This document shows, piece after piece, positions 47,170-55,516 of a DNA stretch of 64,000 nt (position 1 is the first letter of the stretch; the number at the start of each line of letters is the position of its first letter). Below the pieces are notes generated by a model. That model was not told the DNA's origin and made no database searches. It saw only the letters and a program-made list of their open reading frames with translations. The stretch is from Nitrosopumilus sp. (GTDB lineage Archaea > Thermoproteota > Nitrososphaeria > Nitrososphaerales > Nitrosopumilaceae), in NCBI GenBank assembly GCA_963662625.1, contig OY759726.1, positions 928,001-992,000 on the forward strand. Reading direction: 5' to 3'. Both the position numbers and the translations under genes were made by a program.

Positions 47170-47919
47170 TCACAGGAAGCCGGGGAAGCCGGGAACGACG
47201 ATGCCGGCGATTACGTCCAGCCCTATGGCCCCGGTGACGGCGCCGGCCAGAACCCGCACCCACTTCCCCATCCCCGCAAACCTGCCCGAAATGAGGAACG
47301 TGGAGGACAGCGCCCCGGCCACCGCCATCATGCCGATCACCGAGCCCAGCCCGAACACCAGGACGAACGCCAGCACCTCCGAGATGTCGCTCAGCGCCAC
47401 CACGCCCACCGCGATCAGGCTCCCGCTCCCGGCCAGGCCGTTGAGGCACCCTATTAGGTAGGACTTGTGGGTGTGCGAGTGGCCCCTGCCGTGCTCGTGC
47501 GGGTGCGTGTGGACGATGCCGCCCTCGTGCGCGTGGGGATGCTCGTGTCGCACCCGGAATGCCTTCCTTCTGCCGCACATGGATATTCCCAGGGCGACCA
47601 GCACCGCCCCGACCGCAATCTCAAGCCCGTCAAACGCCATGGCCGGGATGCCCAGCGCAAACACGAACACCAGGGCGCTGACGAGGAGGATCGTGGACAT
47701 GTGGCCAAACCCCCAGAACGCGCCCAAGAGGGAGTTCCTGAGGGCCGCCGCCCAGGTTCCCCCGAAGGGCCCGGCCGGATCTTTCTTCCCGCCGCCCCGC
47801 ACCTGCGTCAGCATGGCAGCCACGTGATCCGGCTCGAAGGCATGCAGCAAGCCCACCAAAAACCCCGCAGACAGCAGCAGGCCGCCTCCCAGCTGCGCGA
47901 GCGACTCCCCCACTACCAT
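47170..47919 (-). CDS. Nickel transporter-like membrane protein (UreH/NicO-type)
   Basis: GLLHAFEPDHVAAM, WGFGH, His-rich loop HEHPHAHEGGIVHTHPHEHGRGHSHTH, GLAGS; ATG 47919. Confidence 0.85.
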   Translation of the reverse strand: MVVGESLAQLGGGLLLSAGFLVGLLHAFEPDHVAAMLTQVRGGGKKDPAGPFGGTWAAALRNSLLGAFWGFGHMSTILLVSALVFVFALGIPAMAFDGLEIAVGAVLVALGISMCGRRKAFRVRHEHPHAHEGGIVHTHPHEHGRGHSHTHKSYLIGCLNGLAGSGSLIAVGVVALSDISEVLAFVLVFGLGSVIGMMAVAGALSSTFLISGRFAGMGKWVRVLAGAVTGAIGLDVIAGIVVPGFPGFL

Positions 47920-48308
47920 GCGCCGCCTCCGTCCAGCGGGCTTTCGCCGTGGGTGGCAGGTATGGGGCGGCTCAGGGAGACGGTGAACCTCTCGCCTGCC
48001 ATGACAACCTCGAAGTCCAGCCCCTGCAGCATCTCCGGGACCCCGATCATGACCTGCCCGGGCGACAGGATCGACGCCGCCTCCCTCCCGATCCGCCCCC
48101 CGTCCTTTCCCTCCCTGAGCGACGAGACGACGAACGCAGAGAACAGCAGCAGCGCGTCGTTGACGTTGATCCTCTGCCGCCGGCCCAGCATGCATCCCAC
48201 CCTATCGCAGGCCGCAAGGAAGGCCGCGTCGTCGGGCCCGTCGAACTGGAAGTTCTTCGTGTACGGCATGACGTCGGGCTCGCCCCTGACGGTGATCGTG
48301 ATCCGCAT
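47913..48308 (-). CDS. Divergent urease gamma-subunit-like protein (131 aa)
   Basis: RRQRINVNDA...SLREGK...ILSPGQVMIGVPEML...FEV...VSLSRPI aligns by eye to Ure[11 protein letters not shown]...ARDGR...[19 protein letters not shown]...VTVHDPI; ATGA-coupled to the ureohydrolase. Confidence 0.7.
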   Translation of the reverse strand: MRITITVRGEPDVMPYTKNFQFDGPDDAAFLAACDRVGCMLGRRQRINVNDALLLFSAFVVSSLREGKDGGRIGREAASILSPGQVMIGVPEMLQGLDFEVVMAGERFTVSLSRPIPATHGESPLDGGGAW

Positions 48309-49423
48309 CAGTCTCTCTTTGGGATTTCCGCCCTCGGGCCGCCGAAACTGTACGTGTGCCCGGTGCCCCTGTAGTCGTGCGGCCTGACCGGGCTCCCGCC
48401 GTCCAGCCCCCGTTTCGTGAGGGACAGCCCCGCCAGCAGCTCCACGACGAGCCTTTGCCCCAGCCCCGACGTTATGCCCCCGTTGTACGAGCTGTTGTCG
48501 CTTACGTCGTAAGCCGGAGAAACCTCGACGAGGTCCATCGCGAACCTGTCCGGGTCGAACGACTTGGACAGCAGCCGGATCATCCTGATTCCCTCCCTGG
48601 AAGTGAGGCCGTTGGGCTCCGGCTCCCCGGTACCGGGCGCGTATGCCGGGTCGAAGGAGTCTATGTCCCAGCTCAGGTACACCGCGTCGGTGCCGTCGTT
48701 TGCCCTGTCCGCGATCTCCTTTGCGATGTAGTCGATCCCCAGCTCCTCCACGTCCAGCATGGTGAACCACTGGAAGTCCTGGTCTGCCATCCACTTGTAC
48801 AGGTCCGGCCCGGGCCAGTACCCCCTAGGCCCCACGAGGGAGTAGTTCTTCCCCTTCAGGCAGCCCATCTCCATTATCCGCCGGATGTGCGCCCCGTGGT
48901 CGTACTTGTAGCCGGTCAGGCCCTGCGGGGCGCAGTCCGCGTGGGTGTCGAAATGGATCATCCCTATGTTCTTGTATTTCTTGGCAAAAGCCCGCACGTT
49001 GGCGTACGTGATGGAGTGGTCGCCCCCCAGCATGACCGGGATCCCGTCCTGCTCGAGGACCTCCTTGACCTTCACCGTCATCCTCTTGTGCGACTCTATC
49101 ACGTCCCCGGGGGATACCTGCACGTCCCCGTAGTCCACCGTCTTGAATGTGCCAAACGGGTCTGCCCCCGTCTCTATGTTGAACCTCTCGTACGGGGGGG
49201 ACGGGATGGTGGATGCCGCCCTGATCGCGCGCGGCCCGTACCTTGCGCCGGGGCGGATCGTGGTCCCAAAGTCGAACGGCTCTCCGATTATCGCAACGTC
49301 GGGCTTGACCTCCTTGAGTTCCTCGCTAGACTTTACCCAGGGAAGGTGGAGAAAGGTGTTGATTCCGACAAATGGCGCCACGTCGGCACCCCTGTAGTCG
49401 TCGCCGTAGAACTCCATCCCCAT
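48308..49423 (-). CDS. Ureohydrolase (agmatinase/guanidinase family) of uncertain substrate
   Basis: RPGARYGP, GGDHS, DTHAD, DIDSFDP, GTGEPEP, VEVSP. Confidence 0.92.
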   Translation of the reverse strand: MGMEFYGDDYRGADVAPFVGINTFLHLPWVKSSEELKEVKPDVAIIGEPFDFGTTIRPGARYGPRAIRAASTIPSPPYERFNIETGADPFGTFKTVDYGDVQVSPGDVIESHKRMTVKVKEVLEQDGIPVMLGGDHSITYANVRAFAKKYKNIGMIHFDTHADCAPQGLTGYKYDHGAHIRRIMEMGCLKGKNYSLVGPRGYWPGPDLYKWMADQDFQWFTMLDVEELGIDYIAKEIADRANDGTDAVYLSWDIDSFDPAYAPGTGEPEPNGLTSREGIRMIRLLSKSFDPDRFAMDLVEVSPAYDVSDNSSYNGGITSGLGQRLVVELLAGLSLTKRGLDGGSPVRPHDYRGTGHTYSFGGPRAEIPKRD

Positions 49424-49543
49424 GATGATCCAGCGTTTCTACCAGATTTCTATAAATAAACATTCTAGGTAAAGTACGTTTGGGGAGGGGGCCGGCCCGG
49501 GGAGACGATCTGATTATAAGCGGAATCCCCCGCATGCTACACT

Positions 49544-50767
49544 GTGTTTTCCAAGGCCAGGAACGAGTGGAGCATGATCAACAAGGGGCTGTACTGGGAG
49601 CGCTACGGCGAGTTCGGCAGGGCGGCCCGGTGTTTCGGCAAGGCGCTGAGGATAGACCCGCACAACGTCGTGGCAAACCTGCACATGGGAACGTCCCTGT
49701 ACCGCGCAAGCAGGTTCGCCGACGCGCTGGCGTGCTTTGACCGGATCCTCGCCGACGATCCAAAAAACATCGACGCCTCGCACAACAGGGGGCTCTGCCT
49801 GGAAAAGCTGGGCAGGTACCCGGAGGCCATCTCGTCCTTCCGCCGCGCGCTCGAGGCGGATCCCGGCTGCCTCGACTCAAAGACGTACATGGCGGCATGC
49901 GAGAGCGGCCTGGGCAGGCACGGCGACGCCATCGCCCTGCTGGACGACGTGCTGGGAAAGGATCCGAGGAACTCCGCGGCCCTGTACAACAAAAGCACGG
50001 TCCTCGGGCGAATGGGCAGGCAGTCCGAGTCCATATTCCACCTGAACCTGGCGCTGGGGGAGGACTCGAGGCAGTCGGGGATCTGCCATGGCAAGGGCAG
50101 GCTGCTCGCCTCCAGGGGGCGCCACGAGGAGGCGATAAAGTGGTACTCCAAGGCCCTCGAGTACGACCCAAAGAACCTGGACGCGCTGGTCGCGAAGGGC
50201 TGGACGCTGGATCTGGCCGGGTTTTCCCCAAAGGACGTCTTTGCGTTCTTTGACAGGGCGCTCGAGATCGACCCGGAGTTCACCGAAGCCTGGCTGAACA
50301 AGGGCTTCGTCCTGGACCGGACGGGGCTGTTCAAGAAGGCAGTCGGGTGCTTCGAGAGCGTCCTGGAATACGACCCCCGGAACGTCCGGGCGCTGTACAG
50401 CAAGGGGGTGTCGCTGTTCTCCCTCAAGCAGCACAGCGCGGCGATCTTTTTCTGCGGCGAGGCCATACGGCTCGATCCGTCCAACGTCAAGGCGCTGTGC
50501 AGCATGGTGTGGGTCCTGGAACACAAAAAAAACTACGCCGACGCCCTAAAGTACTGCGACAGGGCGCTCGAGATCGACCCGGACTACGCCTACGCGGTCA
50601 GCTACAGGGGAAAGATCCTGCTGTCCATGAAAAGGTATGACGAGGCCCTGGAATGCTACGACACGGCCCTGAAGCTGGATCCCAAAAACCAGACTGCGAT
50701 CTACCACAAGGAAAAGGTGCTGGAACAGATGAGGAAGAGGGACCGGGGGAGCCCCGCCAAAACCTGA
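49544..50767 (+). CDS. Tetratricopeptide repeat protein (about 11 repeats)
   Basis: Repeated NKG..L..LG...EA...FD.AL..DP units. Confidence 0.9.
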   Translation: MFSKARNEWSMINKGLYWERYGEFGRAARCFGKALRIDPHNVVANLHMGTSLYRASRFADALACFDRILADDPKNIDASHNRGLCLEKLGRYPEAISSFRRALEADPGCLDSKTYMAACESGLGRHGDAIALLDDVLGKDPRNSAALYNKSTVLGRMGRQSESIFHLNLALGEDSRQSGICHGKGRLLASRGRHEEAIKWYSKALEYDPKNLDALVAKGWTLDLAGFSPKDVFAFFDRALEIDPEFTEAWLNKGFVLDRTGLFKKAVGCFESVLEYDPRNVRALYSKGVSLFSLKQHSAAIFFCGEAIRLDPSNVKALCSMVWVLEHKKNYADALKYCDRALEIDPDYAYAVSYRGKILLSMKRYDEALECYDTALKLDPKNQTAIYHKEKVLEQMRKRDRGSPAKT

Positions 50768-50859
50768 TCCCAGCGGGAAATTCGTACTGTACGCCTGGGA
50801 CGGGCGGGGCCAAAGCCATGCTGCAAAATTCTTATATCGTACGACCTTTTGTTCCATCT

Positions 50860-51111
50860 ATGGTAAGGGTCTCGACGCCTGAGGACATAAGGAGGGAATC
50901 CATGCGGGTGGTCAGCTCGCTGTACGGCGAGGTGTCGGACTTCCGCGTCAACGAAACATTCCAGATGCCCGAGAAGGGGCCGAGAGAGGCGTGGGACGTC
51001 CAGGTAAACTTCATGCTGAACGGCCTCAAGTACACGGTGGATCTTGAGATACAGGAAAGCGACGGCCAGGTGACCAACGCGCGGCTGATAGACACCATGA
51101 CCCCGCTCTAG
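50860..51111 (+). CDS. Small hypothetical protein (83 aa)
   Basis: ATG 50860 about 25 bp after TATA-like ttatat; alpha/beta pattern. Confidence 0.7.
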   Translation: MVRVSTPEDIRRESMRVVSSLYGEVSDFRVNETFQMPEKGPREAWDVQVNFMLNGLKYTVDLEIQESDGQVTNARLIDTMTPL

Positions 51112-51130
51112 TCCCGGGGCCGCCGCGCTC

Positions 51131-51652
51131 CTAGACTGTCAGCAGCTCCCTTGCGGCCTTGATCTTTTGGAGCAGCTCGTTGATGTAATGGTCGGCAAAC
51201 CTCTCAAACGGCACCCGTCCCGCGCCGTTTTTCGAGCGCCGGCAGTGCTTCTGGTACTCTTTTTGGAGCCAGCCAAAATCCGACTCCTTGAGCCTGATGA
51301 CGTTTTGCTGCGAGTCAAACTTGGACTCGAAGAGGTTCGCAAGGAAGTAAGCCACGAAATGGGCAAAAGCGCTGATCCGGTACTTCGCCCTGTACTCCTC
51401 GCCCAGCCTGCGGTGGTTTTCCTCGAGCCACCCCTTCACGTCGGAACGGACGGTGAGCGTGCTGTACCTTCCGGCCAGGTCCACGGTGGTCCTGCGGGAT
51501 TCCACCGTGTATCTCCCCAGCTGCACCTCGTTCATCAGAATTATCAGCGTGCTCGGCAGGAACATGCCCGGGTAGAACGTGTCCGTCACGCTCTCCAAGC
51601 GCGCCAAGACGCTTGGCTTCAGGCCAATGGTGGAATAGCCTTTGCCGGGCAT
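51131..51652 (-). CDS. Hypothetical protein with internally repeated ribbon-helix-helix-like units
   Basis: GYSTIGLKPSVLARL / RYSTLTVRSDVKGWL / QNVIRLKESDFGWL. Confidence 0.65.
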   Translation of the reverse strand: MPGKGYSTIGLKPSVLARLESVTDTFYPGMFLPSTLIILMNEVQLGRYTVESRRTTVDLAGRYSTLTVRSDVKGWLEENHRRLGEEYRAKYRISAFAHFVAYFLANLFESKFDSQQNVIRLKESDFGWLQKEYQKHCRRSKNGAGRVPFERFADHYINELLQKIKAARELLTV

Positions 51653-51701
51653 GGTTTGCTAGTGCCGCTATGGGTTATATCGTTTGTGAAAGGGAGCGGG
51701 A

Positions 51702-51866
51702 TCATTTTTTCAGATCCTTGATTATCCTGAACACTATCCACACCGCCGCAATCACGATGGTGCCCACCCCCAGCCCGCTGAGAAAGGGATCGCCGCCCTG
51801 CTCCACGTGGATCAGCCCGAAACCCAAGATTATCAGGATTACCGCGAGCGCGAACTGCTTGTCCAT
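51702..51866 (-). CDS. Small two-TM membrane protein (54 aa; not in the ORF track)
   Basis: MDKQFALAVILIILGFGLIHVEQGGDPFLSGLGVGTIVIAAVWIVFRIIKDLKK. Confidence 0.7.
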   Translation of the reverse strand: MDKQFALAVILIILGFGLIHVEQGGDPFLSGLGVGTIVIAAVWIVFRIIKDLKK

Positions 51867-52047
51867 GGACTCCGATCAGGAATTCAGGTTAAAAGTCTGC
51901 CAGGCGCCCCGGGTTCCGGATCGCGCCCCCCGCCGGGCCGGAGATCTGGCGGCCTTGGTGTAATGTTTTGGATTTTTGGCGGCCATTCTTGTAAAAATCC
52001 ATATAACCTGTACTATACGCATTATTTTTTATTCATAAAACGTACTT

Positions 52048-52063
52048 TACTTAAAAATTTCAA
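52048..52063 (+). promoter_or_regulatory. Promoter element TACTTAAAAATTTCAA (copy 1)
   Basis: Identical 16-mer also at 53710-53725; contains TATA-like TTAAAAAT. Confidence 0.6.
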
Positions 52064-52094
52064 TATTTAAATAATTTTTTGCCCAAGCTTACCT

Positions 52095-53660
52095 GTGGCC
52101 GCCTTTGGGGATTTTGGAATTGCGATAGCAGCCTTCATCGTGCTGACTCTGGTAGTCGGCATACTGACGGGCAAGCTGGTGAAGCAGAGCGGAAGGCGCC
52201 TCATCGTGGCGGGAAAGAGCCTGCCGCTTGCGATGGTCGGCACGATGCTGGCCGCCCAGGCAGTCGACGGAAACTCCACGCTCGGAAACGTGGCGCTAGT
52301 GTTCGAATTCGGGTTCTGGGCCGGGGCCGTGGTGCCAATCGGCCTGGGGGTCTGCCTGCTGATCACCGCAGCGTTCTACGCCAAACCGCTCAACAAGATG
52401 ATGATGATCACCCTGCCCGACTTTTACTTTAGGAGGTACGGGAACGGCGCCGAAGGGATCTCCGGCGTGCTGATGATAATAAGCTTCATAGTGCTGGTTG
52501 CCGGCAACCTGGCGGCCAGCGGGTTCATCCTGGAGACGGTGTTTGGGATCGACTATTTCTGGGGAATCCTGATCTCCGCGCTGGTGGTGGTGGCGTACAC
52601 CGTGGCGGGGGGGCTTTTTGCGTCTGCCTATACCAACCTGTTCCAGGTCTACCTCGCCATCGGGGCTTTCTGGGTGGGGTTCCTGTTCTTCGCGGGCGGG
52701 TTCTCCGGCGCCCCGTGGGACGTGATATACAACAGCGCCCCGCCGGAATACCTGGACCTGTCGGGCCTGTACGACATCGGCAACGGGGCGCTGATCAACT
52801 GGGGCGCGATACTTGCCCTGGGACTCGGGGACATCATTGCGCTCGACTTTATGGAAAGGGTCTTCGCGGCAAAGAACCCCAAGACCGCCAGGAGGGGGGC
52901 GTTCATGGGCGGCGCGCTGACGCTGTTCACGGTGGTCCCCACCAGCATGCTGGGAATAGTGGCCCTGTACTACCTCCCGGCAGACACGCTTCCTGACTTC
53001 GCCCTGCCCCTGCTGGCCACCGAACACCTCCCGTTCGCCATAGGCGCCGCCATACTGATGGGGGTCATAGGGGCGTCCATGTCCACCGCCAGCGGGGGCC
53101 TGCTGGCCATATCGAGCGTCGTGTCCAGAAACCTGGTCACCAGGATCATACGTAGGCGCTGGCTGGGAAAGCCAGGCACCGACGACAGGAAGCTGCTCTT
53201 CATGACGCGAGTAGTCATAGTGCCGATGATGGTGGCCGGGACGACCCTGGGCTACTTTGTTCCGGCGCCCGGCGTTTACCTGGTTTTGGCGTTTGACATC
53301 ATGTTCGCGGGGGCGTTTGCCCCCCTGACCTTCGGCCTGTTTTGGAAAAAGGCGAACATGCCGGCGGCGATAGCGTCGCTGCTGGTGGGATCGTCCCTGA
53401 GGCTGTCGTTCTTTTTCACCATGCCGGAGGAATGGGCGGGGCTGGACACGATGATCCCTCCGGTCGTCTCCTTCGTCGTATTCATTGGGGTGGCCCTCGC
53501 CACCCAGGGCAGGTACCCCGGAAAGGCGCGGCACGACGTCAGGGACTACGTCCCGCCGGAGGAGGACATCATCATCGGCGAGGACCTCAAGCACTTCAAG
53601 GGCGATTTTATGAGCTCCGGGTTCGACGTGAGCGCTGACCGGCCAGAAGGCAAGACATGA
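52095..53660 (+). CDS. Sodium:solute symporter (SSS; choline-transporter-like subgroup)
   Basis: AGKSLPL, TLPDFYFRRYG, YTVAGGL, ERVFAAK, ASMSTASGGLLA; about 13 TMs. Confidence 0.9.
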   Translation: MAAFGDFGIAIAAFIVLTLVVGILTGKLVKQSGRRLIVAGKSLPLAMVGTMLAAQAVDGNSTLGNVALVFEFGFWAGAVVPIGLGVCLLITAAFYAKPLNKMMMITLPDFYFRRYGNGAEGISGVLMIISFIVLVAGNLAASGFILETVFGIDYFWGILISALVVVAYTVAGGLFASAYTNLFQVYLAIGAFWVGFLFFAGGFSGAPWDVIYNSAPPEYLDLSGLYDIGNGALINWGAILALGLGDIIALDFMERVFAAKNPKTARRGAFMGGALTLFTVVPTSMLGIVALYYLPADTLPDFALPLLATEHLPFAIGAAILMGVIGASMSTASGGLLAISSVVSRNLVTRIIRRRWLGKPGTDDRKLLFMTRVVIVPMMVAGTTLGYFVPAPGVYLVLAFDIMFAGAFAPLTFGLFWKKANMPAAIASLLVGSSLRLSFFFTMPEEWAGLDTMIPPVVSFVVFIGVALATQGRYPGKARHDVRDYVPPEEDIIIGEDLKHFKGDFMSSGFDVSADRPEGKT

Positions 53661-53709
53661 CCCCGTCCGGGCCCCGGGCGGCACGGGTTCCGGGCGCCGC
53701 CCGTGGCAA

Positions 53710-53725
53710 TACTTAAAAATTTCAA
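53710..53725 (+). promoter_or_regulatory. Promoter element TACTTAAAAATTTCAA (copy 2)
   Basis: Identical to 52048-52063; ends 16 bp before the chaperonin ATG. Confidence 0.6.
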
Positions 53726-53740
53726 CAAGGGAGCATCAGG

Positions 53741-55426
53741 ATGAAATACCCCGATCTGATCAACCCGGAAATCTCGCGGATCGGCGTCCAAGAGTCACAG
53801 ATGTATAACATAGTCGCCGGGCAGCTGGTGACCGAAATCGTCAAGACGTCATTTGGCCCGCGAGGAATGGAGAAGGTGTACATCGACATCCTCGGAGAGG
53901 CCACGGTCACCAAGCACGGCGGGGCCTTCCTGAGGAAGATAGACGTCGACCACCCTGCAGCAAAGACGGTGGTCGAGGCCGTCAACGCCGTGGACACGCA
54001 CGTGGGCGACGGCACCGTCACAGCGGCGGTGCTGATCGGGGCTCTGCTCAAGCGGTCCCGGGCCCTGCTGGGGATGGGGGTCCCGACGGCCGCAGTCATC
54101 CGGGGCTTTGAGGTGGGCCTGGACTTTGCACTGGAGGCCCTGGAGGGGATGAAGATCAAGTCGGACCACGCAGACAGGCGGATGATGGCGAGGGTGCTTG
54201 ACTCCTGCCTGGAAGGAAAGGCGATCTTCGACTCCCTGCACGAAGACTCGCAAATCAGCAAGATGATAATCGACGCCGTATGCAGCGTGACTGACTTTGC
54301 CAAACGGAAGACGGACGTGGACAGCATCAAGATCGAGGAAAAACAGGGCAACTCGTCAGACATCCGGCTCGTGATGGGCACCGTGGTGGACAAGACCATA
54401 GACAGCCCCGCAATGCCAGTCGCGCTGGAGAACGCCAGGATCCTCCTGCTAAACGACCCGCTTGAGACCATGCGCACGAAGACGGAGTCGGAGATAGAGG
54501 TGTCCTCCCCCGGCCAGATGGGACAATTCCTGAAGCAGGAGGGCGCCGACGTCCTCTCCCTGGCCAAGAAGATCGTGGACTCTGGCGCAAAGGTGGTCGT
54601 GTCCCGAAAGGGAATCGGCGACCTCGCGCAGGAATACCTCGCAAGGGCCGGGATAATCTCCGTCCGCAGGGCAAAATACAACGATCTCTGGTGGCTGGAA
54701 AAGTCCACCGGGGCCAAGACGTGCATGGATGTCGAGAGGATCTCCGACGGCGAGCTGGGCTTTGCCTCGTCGGTGTATGAGCAGGACGTCGGGGGGGACC
54801 GGATGCTGTTCGTTGAGGCGAGGCAGCCCAGGTCCGTGACGCTCCTGCTGCGCTCCGTCTCCAAAAGCTACCTGGACGAATTCCACCGCACCGCAAAAAA
54901 CGGGATCTTTGCGCTGAGGAACTTCATCGAGGATCCCCACATCGTCTTCGGGGGCGGCGCGTGCGAGGCGGCGTTGGCGCAGAAGGTCAGGGAGCGCTCC
55001 GGGTTCGTGGAGGGGAGGGAGCAACTTGCGGTGCGGGGGCTTGCCGACGCGCTAGAAGAGATACCGCTGACCCTGGCCAGGAACGTGGGGATGAACGCGC
55101 TGGACGTGCTGCCGCAGCTAAGGGCAAGGGCGGCAGGGGCCAGGAATGCGCGGTGGTACGGGATCGACTCGCGTGCGAGGAGGGTCGGGGACATGCGTTC
55201 CGCAGGAATAGTCGACACCGCGGCAGTCAAGGAGCAGGTGTTGAAGACCGCAGTCGAGGTGACCAACATGATCCTGAACGTGGACGACGTCTTCGTGAAG
55301 GACCTGATCGACAACACGCACTGCCACATAGACGGGACGGTCCATGCCCACAAGGATCCCGGAAGGAACCACAACCACTGGGAACAGGAGGGGCTGGAGC
55401 AGCGCCAGATGCACCACTACTACTGA
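53741..55426 (+). CDS. Divergent group II chaperonin (thermosome paralogue) with His-rich C-terminal tail
   Basis: SFGPRGMEK, VGDGTVT, GGGACE, IPLTLARN; tail THCHIDGTVHAHKDPGRNHNHWEQEGLEQRQMHHYY. Confidence 0.9.
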   Translation: MKYPDLINPEISRIGVQESQMYNIVAGQLVTEIVKTSFGPRGMEKVYIDILGEATVTKHGGAFLRKIDVDHPAAKTVVEAVNAVDTHVGDGTVTAAVLIGALLKRSRALLGMGVPTAAVIRGFEVGLDFALEALEGMKIKSDHADRRMMARVLDSCLEGKAIFDSLHEDSQISKMIIDAVCSVTDFAKRKTDVDSIKIEEKQGNSSDIRLVMGTVVDKTIDSPAMPVALENARILLLNDPLETMRTKTESEIEVSSPGQMGQFLKQEGADVLSLAKKIVDSGAKVVVSRKGIGDLAQEYLARAGIISVRRAKYNDLWWLEKSTGAKTCMDVERISDGELGFASSVYEQDVGGDRMLFVEARQPRSVTLLLRSVSKSYLDEFHRTAKNGIFALRNFIEDPHIVFGGGACEAALAQKVRERSGFVEGREQLAVRGLADALEEIPLTLARNVGMNALDVLPQLRARAAGARNARWYGIDSRARRVGDMRSAGIVDTAAVKEQVLKTAVEVTNMILNVDDVFVKDLIDNTHCHIDGTVHAHKDPGRNHNHWEQEGLEQRQMHHYY

Positions 55427-55516
55427 CTGCGGGAGCCGGCCGCGGGCGATCATGCCTGCCCGGGGGCGCCGCGTTCCGTCCTGTCGCCCTCCCGCGGGAC
55501 GCGCTGCCCGCAGCGG

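Noticed and set aside
47913-48794. 293-aa ORF overlapping the ureohydrolase
   Set aside because: Only the part from ATG 48308 is protein-like; the upstream part is an alternative frame of the hydrolase
49424-49543. Guanidine riboswitch upstream of the ureohydrolase
   Set aside because: The leader is short and AT-rich, with the TATA close to the start; no recognisable ykkC-type hairpins
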